Source: Collodictyon triciliatum (taxonomy: Eukaryota). From it: a stretch of 37,155 nucleotides of DNA. The translations under genes and the position numbers were made by a program. Under the pieces are notes generated by a model, which made no database searches, had not been told where the DNA came from, and worked only from the letters and a program-made list of their open reading frames with translations. The stretch lies in the NCBI GenBank assembly GCA_043381765.1, contig JBHJMP010000873.1, positions 1-37,155 of the forward strand, written 5' to 3'. Positions 22,401-35,900 of this stretch are shown piece after piece (the first letter of the stretch is position 1; every line of letters starts with the position of its first letter).

Positions 22401-25400
22401 TAACACATGTCGTTGTAGGGCAACAAACGGAAACTTTGGGTGGTTCTCAAACGAGGCAAGACGCGTTACTGTGGTCGTTGTAAATTTCCCAGAGCTAGAC
22501 TACATGATGATGGAAGAAGTGGAAAAGGCTCAAAAGTTCACGTGTCTTGTTCAGGTAGTCTAATCATCCAACAAATAGCATAACTTTGTATTTTAATTAT
22601 GGACAATCCATTCTAAATCATAATGGGTCGTATAAAAAAATAGACTGCAATACGAAGATACGAAGGCACAATCAATCAGTTTTTTGTGAACGCTAAGGTA
22701 CTACTATGCTCTTTCCGATACCTTTTAACACAAACACTCAACAAACAAAATTCACGTATTTTTTTTGGCATGTATCATCACTATCACTTTAACTTGCGAT
22801 AAACGCAATAAAATCAAAAGGGCTTAACAATCGTCGCTGGGTTCGGCTTGCCTCCATTGTCTCACGAAGATGACCCGTTCCGTGCTGTCCGCACAGCCAT
22901 GGAAATACGGGAATCACTGCGAAAGCTGGAGTGGGGTAGAATGTTTGGCAAGAGAACGAGTATTTTAAAAAGTTGTTTTGGCATAGCGACAGGTTTTAAT
23001 TATCATAATTGGTTTTTTTTTTTACTTATATAGTATACTCAGTATTATTACCGTGTTTTTTCATCCATCCGAAAATATCTAGTGTTGTTTTATTATTCAA
23101 AACAACACTTCTCTTCTACCAGGAAAAATTTTCTGTGGGACCATAGGAAACTCGACCAGGAAAGAGTATGCCATGATTGGAGAGGTTTGTATCTTCATGT
23201 GTTTTGACTTGATGAAACTATAAAGTGTGTCATTTACGACTGTTATACCACTTCATTCGAAATTCATGGTCATACATATATTTCTCCTTTCGCTTTTTTC
23301 CTTGTCTTCTTCCCAATTCATATCAAAGGTACTGACCTATGCTGCATCTCTTGTTGCCATGGGCCGTGACGAGTTATTGTGTGACCAGGCAACATACGAC
23401 TCATGCAATCGGTACTAGGCACATGATATAAAGTTATAAATAATCTATAACATAAACCTGTTGTATTTTAAATCGAATAAAGGAGAAAAAGGTGTATATA
23501 TGTTGCCACATCCGTCACATATCTTTAATTTCCTATAGTTTTTTTTAAAAAAGAAGAGAAATTCTACAATAAGGCGACTGATTTTTAATTCATTCATTTT
23601 ATTATTATAGGCAAATTGTATTCGAAAAAGTTTCCGTGCGTCTAACCAAGCCAGTCCGCCAAGATACATCAGGAGGAAATCCTATAGGCGTGGCAAAGCA
23701 GGCAAACACATCTGCCCTGGTTGTCTATCGCCCCAGCGCCATGGATAAACCAATTATGAATACACAGGTTTGTATTTGTTTAAATTTTATCTAGTTTGTA
23801 AATCTAAAGACTCATGCAATCAGCTTTTCTTGTTTTTACATATAGGTCGAAGACGAGAAAAGAATACCGATAATTGGAAGAAAGACTGAGATTGGAATAC
23901 TTATGGAATTACTCAAGAAACTGAAATTTGATGGCCGTGGTCACTTTGTTCTGGTCACCGGACCTGCTGGGATAGGTTTTTCTTCTCCCCTGTGTACTTT
24001 ATACCAAGTTCCTTTTTTCTATTTTTTTCTCAATTGGATCCCAAATACCTTCTAAACATGAATTTTTTGTTTATGGATTTAAGTAACTGATTGTATAAAT
24101 GAATTCATTCCTACTCAATCATGTCGTATGAGTTAATTTTCTTGCCGATTTTGCAGGTAAGTCGTATTTTGTTCAAGAATTTCAAAGGCTTGGTGAAGAA
24201 ATGCGCTGCAAGGTAATTCTATTGCAGCTTTTGATATGTTTTCCACCAATTTTTTATGTGTAAAATACTGACGTTGTAAAACACTTCACAATGAGTCACT
24301 CTTCCTTTTGAATTCTAGATTGTGAATGCGAGTGGCGACTCTGTCTTCAGAAATGCACCGTATCACGCCTGGGAAAAAGTTATTCTCGAGCTTCTGGATT
24401 TACACAATAAAGTTGTCCAAGGTGCCACTACAAATATTGAGTCATCACCATTGCTTTCTTCCTCTTCAGCGATGAAAAAGTCGACTCAAACGCTACAAGG
24501 TAGCACCCGAGCTATTAACTTTATTTTTTCTCTTATCTGTTTACTGTGGAAAGAAATAATATGGTGATATTTTAGCTGAAGCCTTTTTTTTTCTTCTTTA
24601 TTCGATTAAAGGGATTTGAACAGGAGCCTTATTAAATGTTAAATTCATTAACGATGTAGTACCTGGAGCTGGTAATACTCTTGCACCTCCCGGACAGCCT
24701 GGCGCTACAAATGCAGGTGCTGCTGCAAATGGAGCGGCAAACAATGTGGATAGGAAATTTAGAAAAAGAATGGCGTCGATGTTAGTCAGCCACGATGTTT
24801 TCAAGATTCAGCCCGACCTAATCCAACTTGCGCCGTTGTTGAACACAATCATTCCGAATCTACGAATGCCTGACAACGATGTTGTTCGAGATATGAGCGT
24901 CCAGGTAAATACTTCTGTTAATTGAAAAATTGGAGATAAGAAATAACGAAACCTGAGTGCGCTCCATGTTTTCGAAAGGATAATAGTAATACCAGATTAT
25001 TACAAAATGTAATGAGTGACAAACTTTTCCAATTATATCTAAACATGACTTATTTTAAGGCTCGAGCAGAGAATACTCGCTTCCTTTTGCTTAGTCTATT
25101 ACGATTGACAGCAGAAAGGTCGCCCTTTATACTCATCATGGAAAACGCACAATAGTATGGTTTAAATATTGATTAAGACAAAATACACATAATCAAAGCT
25201 TCGAATATGAACTTAAATGAAATTAGTATGGACTCTGCTTCCTGGTCTCTCTTGAGGCTCGCTGCTACACAAATACCTGGAATATTATTTGTTGTTGCAA
25301 TGAGGCCTTCGTCAGGTTTGCTCGAACAGCATTGTATTTATTACTGTTCCTATTATCATATGCCAATTAATGGGTGACCACATCTGGATTTTTGATAGAG

Positions 25401-28400
25401 ATGGATAATGAAATCAGAGAGCTATACCAAGCATCTGATTTGCATGTCATGAACCTTGAGCCATTATCAAGAGAAGAAAGTGATAGGCTAGTTTGTTCTG
25501 TGATGAAAGGTTAATCTCATATCAAAATCAATACAAGTATTTCAAATCACTCATAATATATTCTCATGTAAATTCATATTCATCTCATACTATGTTAATT
25601 TTTTTTCCTTTATAGTAAGGGATTGTGACGAGGAAATTAAAAGGCTCGTGTACGAAAAATCTCAAGGGAATCCTCTCTTTGAGATTGAATTGACTCGCTC
25701 TTTGATGACTAACGAACGAGTTGACATCAGTGGGAGGTAAGTACTCGCCTTTTTTTTTTTTTCGTCATTCTCGTCGGATAGGCTGCCTAAGTTTATTGCT
25801 TACTTATTAGGAAAGCGAGAATCAAAGGCGAAAGGGCGTTGAGTGTCACTATTGGTGATAATCTGATGTCTTTGGTTACTGGGAGAATTGACGCATTAGC
25901 AAACACCCCCTCACAACATTTTGCATTGAAGGTTAATATAACTTGATATCTCCCTTGATAGAGTAAACTACATATTGGTTGAATGAACCTCAATCTCACA
26001 TTATCTTGAACTGGATAGCTTTAACATTCTCACAACTCATAGGTTGCAAGTGTTATCGGTAAAAATTTTCATGAGCAACTCTTGTCAGACATCTATCCTG
26101 ATGAATCAGCAAAGTCATCTCTCACAAAGGACTTACAGGTTTGATTATATATTGTTTGGTATATTTTAAATGATTTAAGCATTCTCGAATGAAATGGCTT
26201 TTACATTCCAAAAATTCATTCATGACAACCATGTACCAGAATTTGGAAGGAAACGGCCTTATCGAAACAGTCGGCCCAGGCTCGTACACATTTGTAAATC
26301 AGGTCATTCGCGAGGCAGCTTATGAATTGCTGCTGATATCACAGGTTCCCTATGTGTATGAATATATGGAGGAATTATATTTGAATCAACTCACCTCGCT
26401 ACACTTTGAATCGAATAAAGGGAAAAAAAATATTTGAATCAACTAATCTTCTCCCTTCGAAAAATATAAATGAACATTATAATAGAGACAACAACTGCAT
26501 AAGTCGATTGCAGAGTGGTATGAGCGACACAAGAGTGAAGACCTGAAGCCACTCTACCCTGTTCTTGCTCTCCACTACTCTCGTGCTAATGTTGAGGATA
26601 AGGCAATATATTACTGCGAACTGGCAGCTAGGTTCTTTTTATTCTTTTTGTTAATACTCGATATCAACATGAATGTCACAAATTTATAAATATGTCGTAC
26701 TTTTACATTATATCCCACATATGTATTATCGGATTGTTCGTTTGGTAGATAAACTTATCTCATGATGATAACAGATCATCCTTGGAGACTTACGCAAATC
26801 AAGAAGCTGTTCGGTACTTCAAACGAACGCTGGCTTTCTATCGAGATATGCCAAACACTTCTTTTCACACCGCAAGATGCGAGAGAGGACTAGGAGGTCT
26901 CTTTTATATCTTGAATTTATCCTAATACAGGGAGTGTTAATTCGTGCCCATGTAAAATTTAAATCGTTTCTATGACTATTTAATCCAGAAACCTATCTTC
27001 GTATGGGTGATATCCCAGCTGCGAGCAGCCACTTTACACAGTCGCTACTTTCGCTACAAGAAAGGGTTCCCAGAACAAAGGTTATTGCGATAAGGAAGAC
27101 ATGTGCATTCACACTTGGGACATGCAATATACTAATTATGAATACATCAATTTTGATTTCTTTAGTTCAATCTCAAGGTCGCATGTTTCTATGAACTTTT
27201 AATCCTTCGCATTCGAGAAATTATTGGGAGAAGACCTCCAGTAGATGTACCTGGAAACAAAGTTACACAGCTAACTGTGCAAATGGGACAGGTACGTTCT
27301 AGAGTAACTTTTTCCCTATATATATACGATGATTTAAAGAGATTCGATGTACTGCGGGTACTCAGTATACCGACCGGAGGCGATGGCTTTTTTTAAAGGG
27401 AGATATTTTTGTGCAGCCTTCGCATTCTGATAAATTGCTAGAAGCCGCTAGTACATGTGAAGGAATGTATCATGTTGCGCAGTCCAGTAATGACCTGGGG
27501 GCTTGTTTATACTTCTCTCTGCGTTCCATTAACATATCTGAGAAATTGGTTTGGCAGTTCGATCACTTATTCATACATGCCATTCGGCGTCAATACCTTT
27601 ATTATGTTGGTCTGTCGATGTGCTACAAAAAAAAAAACATAATTAAAGTCATTTCCCCGTAGCCTGTGGACTATTCTTCCATGGGTATTCGCTCGCGTGC
27701 ATATAGTCATCTGGGGCTTCTTTATGGCCTTTACAAAAATTATACAAAGACACAATATTATTTTGCACGAGCTCTGGAATTTTGCCACAGAGACGATAAT
27801 GGATCGAAATCGTCGATTGTTTTGACTCGTTGTCATTATGAAATTATGCAAGGAAACTGGACTTCAGCCCAGGTATATTGAATTATATATTTGATTTTTT
27901 ATCACTTCAACATAATTTATTCAGTTATTCACTTTTATCATCAAATAAGTCATCTGCAGAAGAGAGCTTTCAAATGCGCTCTCGCATTGGTGACTTACGA
28001 GGGCAGGAAGATGCACTTTTCCATTCATCATTCGCACAGAGAGCAAAAGGAAGACTACCAGAATCCTTGTAATTGATTTGGGCATTATTCTAGTTTATCT
28101 ATTTACGGCCTGATGACCCATCCTTGACTTAGAACCATGGTGACAAAATATCTGAGCTCAGCCCGTTCCCGAGGTGACCAACAAATGGAAGCCCGAGGAT
28201 TGTGTGACTTGGCGCATAGTGAGATTCTTGCTGGTCGTTACAAGGAGGTACTTACATATGATATACTCATGCATCTTTCAAAGCTCTTTTACTGTTTGTC
28301 TTTTCATTAATTTTTTTAATGTTTGCTTTCAATGTTTATTTCTTTTTCTTTTCTTTTTCTCTTTATTTTACTTTTTCTTTTTAATTTTTAATTTTTAGGT

Positions 28401-30121
28401 TCCATTCTTCATTCTTCATTCCCTTCCCTCAATTTAATATGAATAAAAACTAAGTATCATCCATACAAGGCGGTCAAGCTTGCTCAACAGGCTCGACGTT
28501 TGGTGGCAAAGACAGAAACCTATTTTGTGGCTGACACATTCTCTATGTATGGGAGATTAGCTCTAGCATCTTGGCGGCATGGCGACAGAAGCGGGTATGT
28601 AAATGCTGTATTTTGCCATTATTTCAAGGTATAATTGAAATACAAAAATCCATGAGACGCCTTCACGTTTTCTTTGTTATTCACTTCCTTTCCTTCTGTA
28701 TCTTCGATTATGAACACAAATGCAGCGCATTCTCTGCCGCCTTATCAGCCCATTCACTAATCAGCAAAGTCGATCAAATCAATTTTTCCTCGTATGAAGG
28801 TTACGCTGGGATGTGCGAAGTGAGTGTACTTTCCTTTTAATTTGACCCAAAGTGCAAATAGCTGCATTAAATTCAACAACTAAATATAAAGCTAGGAAAG
28901 GTGTATCATAAATACATACATGCCATAGATATCCATATGCAATACTTAATTAACCAATTGTCCAATCCTCCAAACAAGGTTTTGCTGTCTATTCTCGAGA
29001 AACCTTCTGATTTCCGGAATGAAGTTGCAGCTGCGCCTCAAGGAAAACCTACTCCGATGAGCAAGGGGTCTGGACGAGTTGGGTCTGTTGACGACAATCA
29101 CGATTTGGAGGCTTCACAAACCAGTACCCAAATTCGAATGTTTAATCTGGAAGATATGTCTATGGAGCAGCTTTTACGTGTGTCTAAAGAGTCTGTGGAG
29201 CATTTTCTCTTGTTTGCTGAGAGGTTAGATAATCTTCTCAAGTGCCTCGATAAAAAATTTTCCCTCATTCCTCTTGTATTTCATACATATGGGCTTTATT
29301 TATTCATTAGATAATCCTTTGCAGTTACAAATTTGCGCAACCAAGGGCGCTTCTATATAGTGCACTTTATCGGAAACACAGCGAGATAGCTGGGAAACAT
29401 ATCTCCCCTGCCCAAAAGGATGCCCTGTCTGCGGTTATCCGAAAAGTGGTTCAAAAGAGCCTCTCCTTGTCACGGTTCTGCTTTATCCTTTATCCTTTAT
29501 CCTTTATCCTTTATCCTTTATCCTTTATCCTTTATCCTTTATCCTTTATCCTTTATCCTTTATCCTTTATCCTTTATCCTTTATCCTTTATCCTTTATCC
29601 TTTATCCTTTATCCTTTATCCTTTATCCTTTATCCTTTATCCTTTATCCTTTACCCTTTACCCTTTCTTTTTTTCTTTTTTTTTCTTATTTTCTTTTTTT
29701 CTTATTTTCTTTTTTTCTTATTTTCTTTTTGGTTTTTTTTGGTATTTTTTGGTTTTTTTGGTTTTTTTTTTTTTGGTTTTTTTTGGTTTTTTTTTTTTTG
29801 GTTTTTTTTGGTTTTTTTTTTTTGGTTTTTTTTTGGTTTTTTTTTGGTTTTTTTTGGTTTTTTTGGTTTTTTTGGTTTTTTTATCTCGCTCAAATGGTTC
29901 ACAATTGGCATTTCTAAACCTTCCATCCGCATTATACGTTTTTTTTTTTTATGCTAACTAAAATCGTAAATAGCGAATATGATATGCCGTTTGAAGAAGG
30001 AATGGCTCTGTATGTCAGTGCTTCGTGTGGAGGTGGGCAAGAAGATGCACGAAAAGCAGATAGCATATTTTCGCAGCTGGGGGTTGTGCGTCCTGTTGCA
30101 TCGTCCATTCCATCTCTATGA
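19457..30121 (+). CDS. Soluble adenylyl cyclase (ADCY10)-like protein: disordered N-terminus, two class III cyclase domains, STAND NTPase, TPR-like C-terminus; ~38 exons
   Basis: C1: VACLYAKIDGFSQIT, FDGDVMKVTGNSLFAIW, IGLGAG..LGGVGGMWELVLAG. C2: NEARRVTVVVVN, GFGLPPLSHEDDPFRAV, GIATGKIFCGTIGNSTRKEYAMIG. Walker A GPAGI|GKS; LIMENAQ|YMDSASW; KSQGNPLF; LK|VASVIG; YTFVNQVIREAAYELLL; QQLHKSIAEWYE; YANQEAVRYF. The last exon ends at TGA 30119-30121. Confidence 0.92.
29482..29663. repeat. (TTTATCC)24 heptamer satellite followed by two TTTACCC variants
   Basis: Perfect 7-mer array just after the donor of the last intron of the cyclase-like gene, followed by T-rich GGTTTTTTT repeats to about 29880. 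Confidence 0.97.
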
Positions 30122-31256
30122 GGACATTTCAAAAGTAACAACTACTATTCAATCAACACCATGAATATTCGTAAACGCCCTACCTTCACAGTAATGTCGT
30201 ATCTGCTACGGACTTCTAGATATTCATTCACCACGACTGTTGATTCCCTTCATACCTAGCTCTTTCAAATAAAAAAACATACTTCGTAGAAAATACATTT
30301 ATACTTGGGTGGTGTATCAAACATACTGCGGTTGTGTATTTTTTTTTCGTTTTTCTTCTTTACTTTACTCGATGTTAGATAATTGAGCTGCCTTGTGGAA
30401 GAGCAAAGGGCATGAAGAGAGAGGATTTAAGTAAAATTTAAGAGATATCGGAGAGGAATGGTACACGAAAGATGAAGCGACCAAGGCAATTCCAGAGGCC
30501 GTGAGTCTATCGCCTCACAAAAGTGGTTTTACATATCGGCAAGTCAATCCATGCTGAATAACGCCTGCAAATTATATGATTTATTTGGATAAGGAGGCCT
30601 CCTGCTTAACCTAATATAATTAAGCTATATATTCCACAAATACTTTATAACTGGAAATTATTGTCTTTATTAGTAAATCTGGAATTTATATATGAATATC
30701 AAATTTTATGATCAAATCTAATTATTTGATTGAATTGTATACATAGATCAATATTGCATAATAATAGTGTCAACATTAAAAACTTGCCGTGAATTTGAAT
30801 CGGAAAACCAGGAATAGGGTGCATAACATATTGTTGGCATTGAGGTTCGTTTCTGTCATGACACTTTGGATGGGAAAGAGTTGCTTCCTCTTGTTCAAAA
30901 TTTTATCCAATACAGGTATTTTTCACAGACCAGTAATCAAAAATGCATTTATTCTGGAAAATTCGAGTGCGATGAGCCCCCACCAAAATGTTGCAATAAA
31001 TAACTAAATAAAAAAAATATATAGCAGAACGTAATAGCAGCCGAATCAAAACCAATCTTGTAATCAATCGCCATCACACCCAGAACCACCGATACAGACA
31101 ACTGATCGATTCGCAACGTGAAGAACCCTGCTCGGCAACAAATCTCCGAGGCGACTTTTCCCCTTAAGCCGCCGACTCTTCCACTCCCCTTATCCGAAAT
31201 CAAACAGTCCACAAGACAAACAAACAATCAACGAGAAACCCAGAGAAGCCAACGCC

Positions 31257-31971
31257 ATGTTCACCTCTCCAAACGCCGTTGCGTATCTGCCAAACAAACC
31301 CGCCGAAGCAGCAAACACACGACAACACAATCCGGCCATGTATGTGTATCACGAGACGCAGCAAGTCAACGCAAGCCACATGTCTGCTTCTGTCTCGGCT
31401 TCTGTCTCTGATTTTGCGCCCAACCAACCAAATCACTATGCGTGGAATACAACAGAAGGACTTGGAGCATCGCACTCACGCAACACACCCGGACGGCTCG
31501 CAGAATACCGCCCGTACGAGGACGGAATTCACGCCCGCCCGCGTTCGCCCGAGGATGATGAAGACGGCTCCACTCCCAGACTTTTGTGAGGCTGTTATTA
31601 TACTCTTCATTAATCGTATCACAAAAGGCCATTTGCAGATTTCACGAGATGTTTTGGGGGTGCTGTATTGGATGAATGTGATGAAGTATGTATGGTTGTA
31701 AGATGATTTCGCAAACTGTAATAGTTACTTGGAGAAAAATCTAAAATAAAAAAAAAAAGAAAGAAGAGAGAATAACTATTACCTTTTAATTTTCACTATG
31801 CCCAGATTCTTGTGCGGCTTTGTTCTCACTCCGCTTGTTTGGTTGGCCGGCTTTTGGTGGTGGTATCACCCAAATACAACTGCAAGACTCTGGGCGCGGA
31901 TTAATATCATAGCATTCATCATCGTTCTGGTTGCAATCGCAGTGGCATTCTTTGTTTACAATTTGACCTAA
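31257..31971 (+). CDS. 164-aa protein with a disordered N-terminus and two C-terminal hydrophobic segments; exons 31257-31585 and 31806-31971
   Basis: Phase-2 intron GTGAGG..CAG joins DGSTPRLL to FLCGFVLTPLVWLAGFWWWYHPNTTARLWARINIIAFIIVLVAIAVAFFVYNLT-TAA. Confidence 0.75.
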
Positions 31972-32064
31972 TATCAGGATATTGTGATACGGAGTCGATT
32001 TTTCCACTCGCTCCTGTCCATTTCGGTTCTATTTGTGATTCATTTTGACTATATTTTAGCTCCC

Positions 32065-32195
32065 CTTTTTTCTTCTTTTTTCTCCTTTTTTCCTCTCTTT
32101 TCCTCTTTTTTCTTCTTTTTTCTTCTTTTTTCTTCTTTTTTCTTCTTTTTTCTTCTTTTTTCTTCTTTTTTCTTCTTTTTTCCTCTCTTTTCCTG
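32065..32195. repeat. Pyrimidine-rich (TTCTTCTTTT)n low-complexity repeat
   Basis: Tandem ~10-mer T/C units. Confidence 0.85.
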
Positions 32196-32430
32196 TTTCA
32201 ATATTCGATTACGCGATGGTTACATCACATCTCCATCCACTTACGTAGACCTTTTATTTTTCCCCTATTTTTTTTCTTTCATTCATCTAGACTCTTTCCT
32301 TTGTTTTGTTGGTGTCTGCTCCACACGACCTACTATGAGATAAATGTGTACAATCAAGAAAACAAAAGTGGTGACGGTGTTCTGATCACTTTCTTTTCTT
32401 TCCCTTTCCTCTCTCCCTCTCTCCCTCTCT

Positions 32431-32914
32431 NNNNNNNNNNNNNNNNNNNNNNNNNNNNNNNNNNNNNNNNNNNNNNNNNNNNNNNNNNNNNNNNNNNNNN
32501 NNNNNNNNNNNNNNNNNNNNNNNNNNNNNNNNNNNNNNNNNNNNNNNNNNNNNNNNNNNNNNNNNNNNNNNNNNNNNNNNNNNNNNNNNNNNNNNNNNNN
32601 NNNNNNNNNNNNNNNNNNNNNNNNNNNNNNNNNNNNNNNNNNNNNNNNNNNNNNNNNNNNNNNNNNNNNNNNNNNNNNNNNNNNNNNNNNNNNNNNNNNN
32701 NNNNNNNNNNNNNNNNNNNNNNNNNNNNNNNNNNNNNNNNNNNNNNNNNNNNNNNNNNNNNNNNNNNNNNNNNNNNNNNNNNNNNNNNNNNNNNNNNNNN
32801 NNNNNNNNNNNNNNNNNNNNNNNNNNNNNNNNNNNNNNNNNNNNNNNNNNNNNNNNNNNNNNNNNNNNNNNNNNNNNNNNNNNNNNNNNNNNNNNNNNNN
32901 NNNNNNNNNNNNNN
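32431..32914. other. Assembly gap (484 N)
   Basis: Run of N; it interrupts the kinase C-lobe. Confidence 0.99.
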
Positions 32915-35900
32915 TCTTGTCTTGAGCTCAGGCGCCATGTACTGGGTGGGTGGGTGGGTGGGTGAAAGAGGCCGCGAATGTGATGGACAGTCTCAGGTAT
33001 ACTTACTTATCTATCGATGTGTTTGGTATTTGGGTTATGTCGGTTATGGTCGTAGTTGTACATACGCAGTCTTTTTTCGGGGCTAGTCGAGTATCGGCCA
33101 GATATGAACGGGTTACGTCAAAGCCCTAATTTAAGTGGGTGATAAGGTTTTCTCAACAGGAGGAAGTGTGCGGCGTTTGGATGAGGAAGGGAAGGGAAGG
33201 GAAGGGGAAAGGGAAGGGAAGAGAAGAAAATAGAGAGGAAAGTAATAGCAATAGTAATAAATTAATAATAAAAAGGAAGTAAAAGGGATAGTAGAAAAGT
33301 AAGAACGAGTGAAAATGAGCTCTTGATTAAGGATTAATAACAATAATAATAATAAATTACATAGTCAGATATGCGGATATTGAAGTTTCGGTCAACCTTT
33401 ATGCGGGTGGTTATCAAACGTGAACTCGTGATAATTGACACGTCTGAAAATCAATTATGTATATGAATAAGAATGAAAGTCTTTGGTACCAGAATATTGT
33501 TGCTCGTAATATTCCGATGAATAATCCCGTTAGCGTGCAGAGTTGAAAGGCCTTGAGACATCTTCAATGCCTTTGGTGAAAATGAGGAAAAAATAATTAA
33601 AATGTGCCATGAGAGTGAGCAAGATGTACACAATGGATTTGTGTTAAAGAAAAGAAAAATGAATACATATAGACGAGTAGAATGTGGACTATTACCAGCT
33701 GAACAAGAGTCTTTGGTTCAAGGTCAGCATTCTCGTTCAAAACGTCGCGAATACTCCCAGATTCCATGTACTCATAAATAATCATATATCGACTTTGGCT
33801 GATGGTCAAGGCCGTCAGCCGCAGTAGAAAAGGATGTTTTATTTTCCTGTAAAGAAGTTAGTTTTCTTTAGTTGTAATCAGTTTGTTCTTTTATATCTTC
33901 TACCCGATCTGGTGAATGTAGGAAAGACAGTAAAGTGATAACCCAGTCTGGTATAGAAAAAGAAATTAAAAAAAAACGTTCATATACCGGATTTTATTGG
34001 CCTCTGAAATAAGTATATCGTCAGCATTTTGTAAAGATATCTCGTTCTTGGATATTTCTTTGGCGATGTGTTGCTTCCCAAATAAATAGCAATCGAATAT
34101 TCTCCCCATAGTTCCAGTGCAAAAGTGTTCACCTAGAATGACACTCTTTTCCGCCACAATGAGGGGGTCGGGTTTTTGGTAGTAAATCAAATCTAGTCCT
34201 AATTGAAAAATGGTAGAATGGGACGGGTTGGAAATATTTGATAATGCTGCATCCTCTTTTTGGTGTAGGACAACAGTCAATCTAAGCGCGATACTGAGTG
34301 TTAGTTGATATAATTTCGAAATACAACAAGAACAAAAGAAATAATACGGAAGAATGAAGCATATCATTGCTATATGTTTTCATATTTTTTTAAAATTATT
34401 ATTATTATTATTATAAAAACCTCTCGAAAATAGTCTTGGGTGTACATAAAGGAGGTGCCTGTGTTCGAACAAAAATATCCTTGCTGACAGCTTGGGATGC
34501 AGGTATGGTTGAATTGGCTCCATTTTCCCAAGAGATAGTAATGGATTTAGTAGGTTCTTGAGTGATGGTACTAATTGTGCCATTACAAAACGACGGGATA
34601 TTGGTTTCAGGTAAAAAATATCCAGACGTTACTCGTTCATTAATCTCCATGCTCTCTGTGCTGATTCTACAGAGAAAGCTTTCATCTAGATTTCGGAAAA
34701 TCAACAAAATCTCATTGAAAGCTAAACTCTAAAAAAAAAAAAGAGAAGATAAAGCAATATTTATAGCCTTTTAAAAAATCATCAAACTCTATGGTGGTGA
34801 TAGCGCTTTGCACAGGAAGACAAAGCTACTGACATCGCACATAGAATAAGAAAAGAACAGATATATATTCAACCAATTACCATGTATGGCTAGAGAGAGA
34901 TCTGTTATCAGCGGAGTTGAACGGTAAAATCCATAGTTCCCCCAGTCCCATTTCACACTAACAGTAACTCTGTCTTCACTGAGCGAATCGACCGTGCCGA
35001 ATAATTCCAACAATTCTTCTGGATATTGTGTGTATTCAGAGCGGAAGTCGGGTCCCTTTTTTACACGAACTCCAGGGAGCAGTCTGTCCGGGGTGGCTGG
35101 AGGCTCCAAAGTATATCGATTCATGTTTACTGTATTGAATATCGATAAGCTATAATGATGCATTTTCATCTTGTATATAGTATCTTTTCAAAAAAAAAAA
35201 AGAAAAAAGAAGTAAATCTAGAAGAAATTGGAAGAAACTTCTCGTATTGACGTAGTATAAGTTACTGTAAATAAGTCACCCATATACATGAACAAAAACA
35301 AAGATAACAGAAGCGAGAACCTGGAGCTGTAAAGAATAATTTGTAGAAGCTTGACTTTCCTATTTCAAATGATGTTGTGACAGATTCTGAAAACTGGACT
35401 ATGCATGTTTTGTCGACCGTGTCCACACTGATTACTTTTCCTGTGTCAGAATTATCGGGGCCAAGACCCTTCACACTAGCCCCGATGTAAACATTCGAAG
35501 TGTTTACAATCACATTGAATTCTGTGGAGAGAAGAGTGATGAATATTACTAGGACAGATGACATAAATTATTGAGGATATTGATTTTCAAAAGATAAATA
35601 TGCCCAAATGAAGTAAGATGGAAAGTAACAAGGATAATAGTAGCCTTAGTAATGAAATATCACTATCGGTTATTGGAGTCCCCATTGCAGATACAAGAGG
35701 CTTGTGATAACCCCAAGGACAGTATGCCAGTGGACACGTAGTGTTATTATGTGTAGAGACAGTGAAAAGCTTCTTGGAGTCAAGCCAGTAAACAATCCAA
35801 CCGTTTTTTGTTTCCTCTAGAAGGTACCCATATGAGTCCAGTTCTCCATGGATATCACCAAATTCCCAGTTTGGCCCCCGTACAACAGGAAGACCGGGTA

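Noticed and set aside
29482-29663. Heptamer array as an interstitial telomere or CRISPR-like array
   Set aside because: TTTATCC is not a permutation of TTTAGGG or TTAGGG on either strand, has no spacers, and lies in an intron.
32301-33086. ORFs spanning the N run
   Set aside because: Artefacts of the assembly gap; only the YMAPEL part is real kinase sequence.
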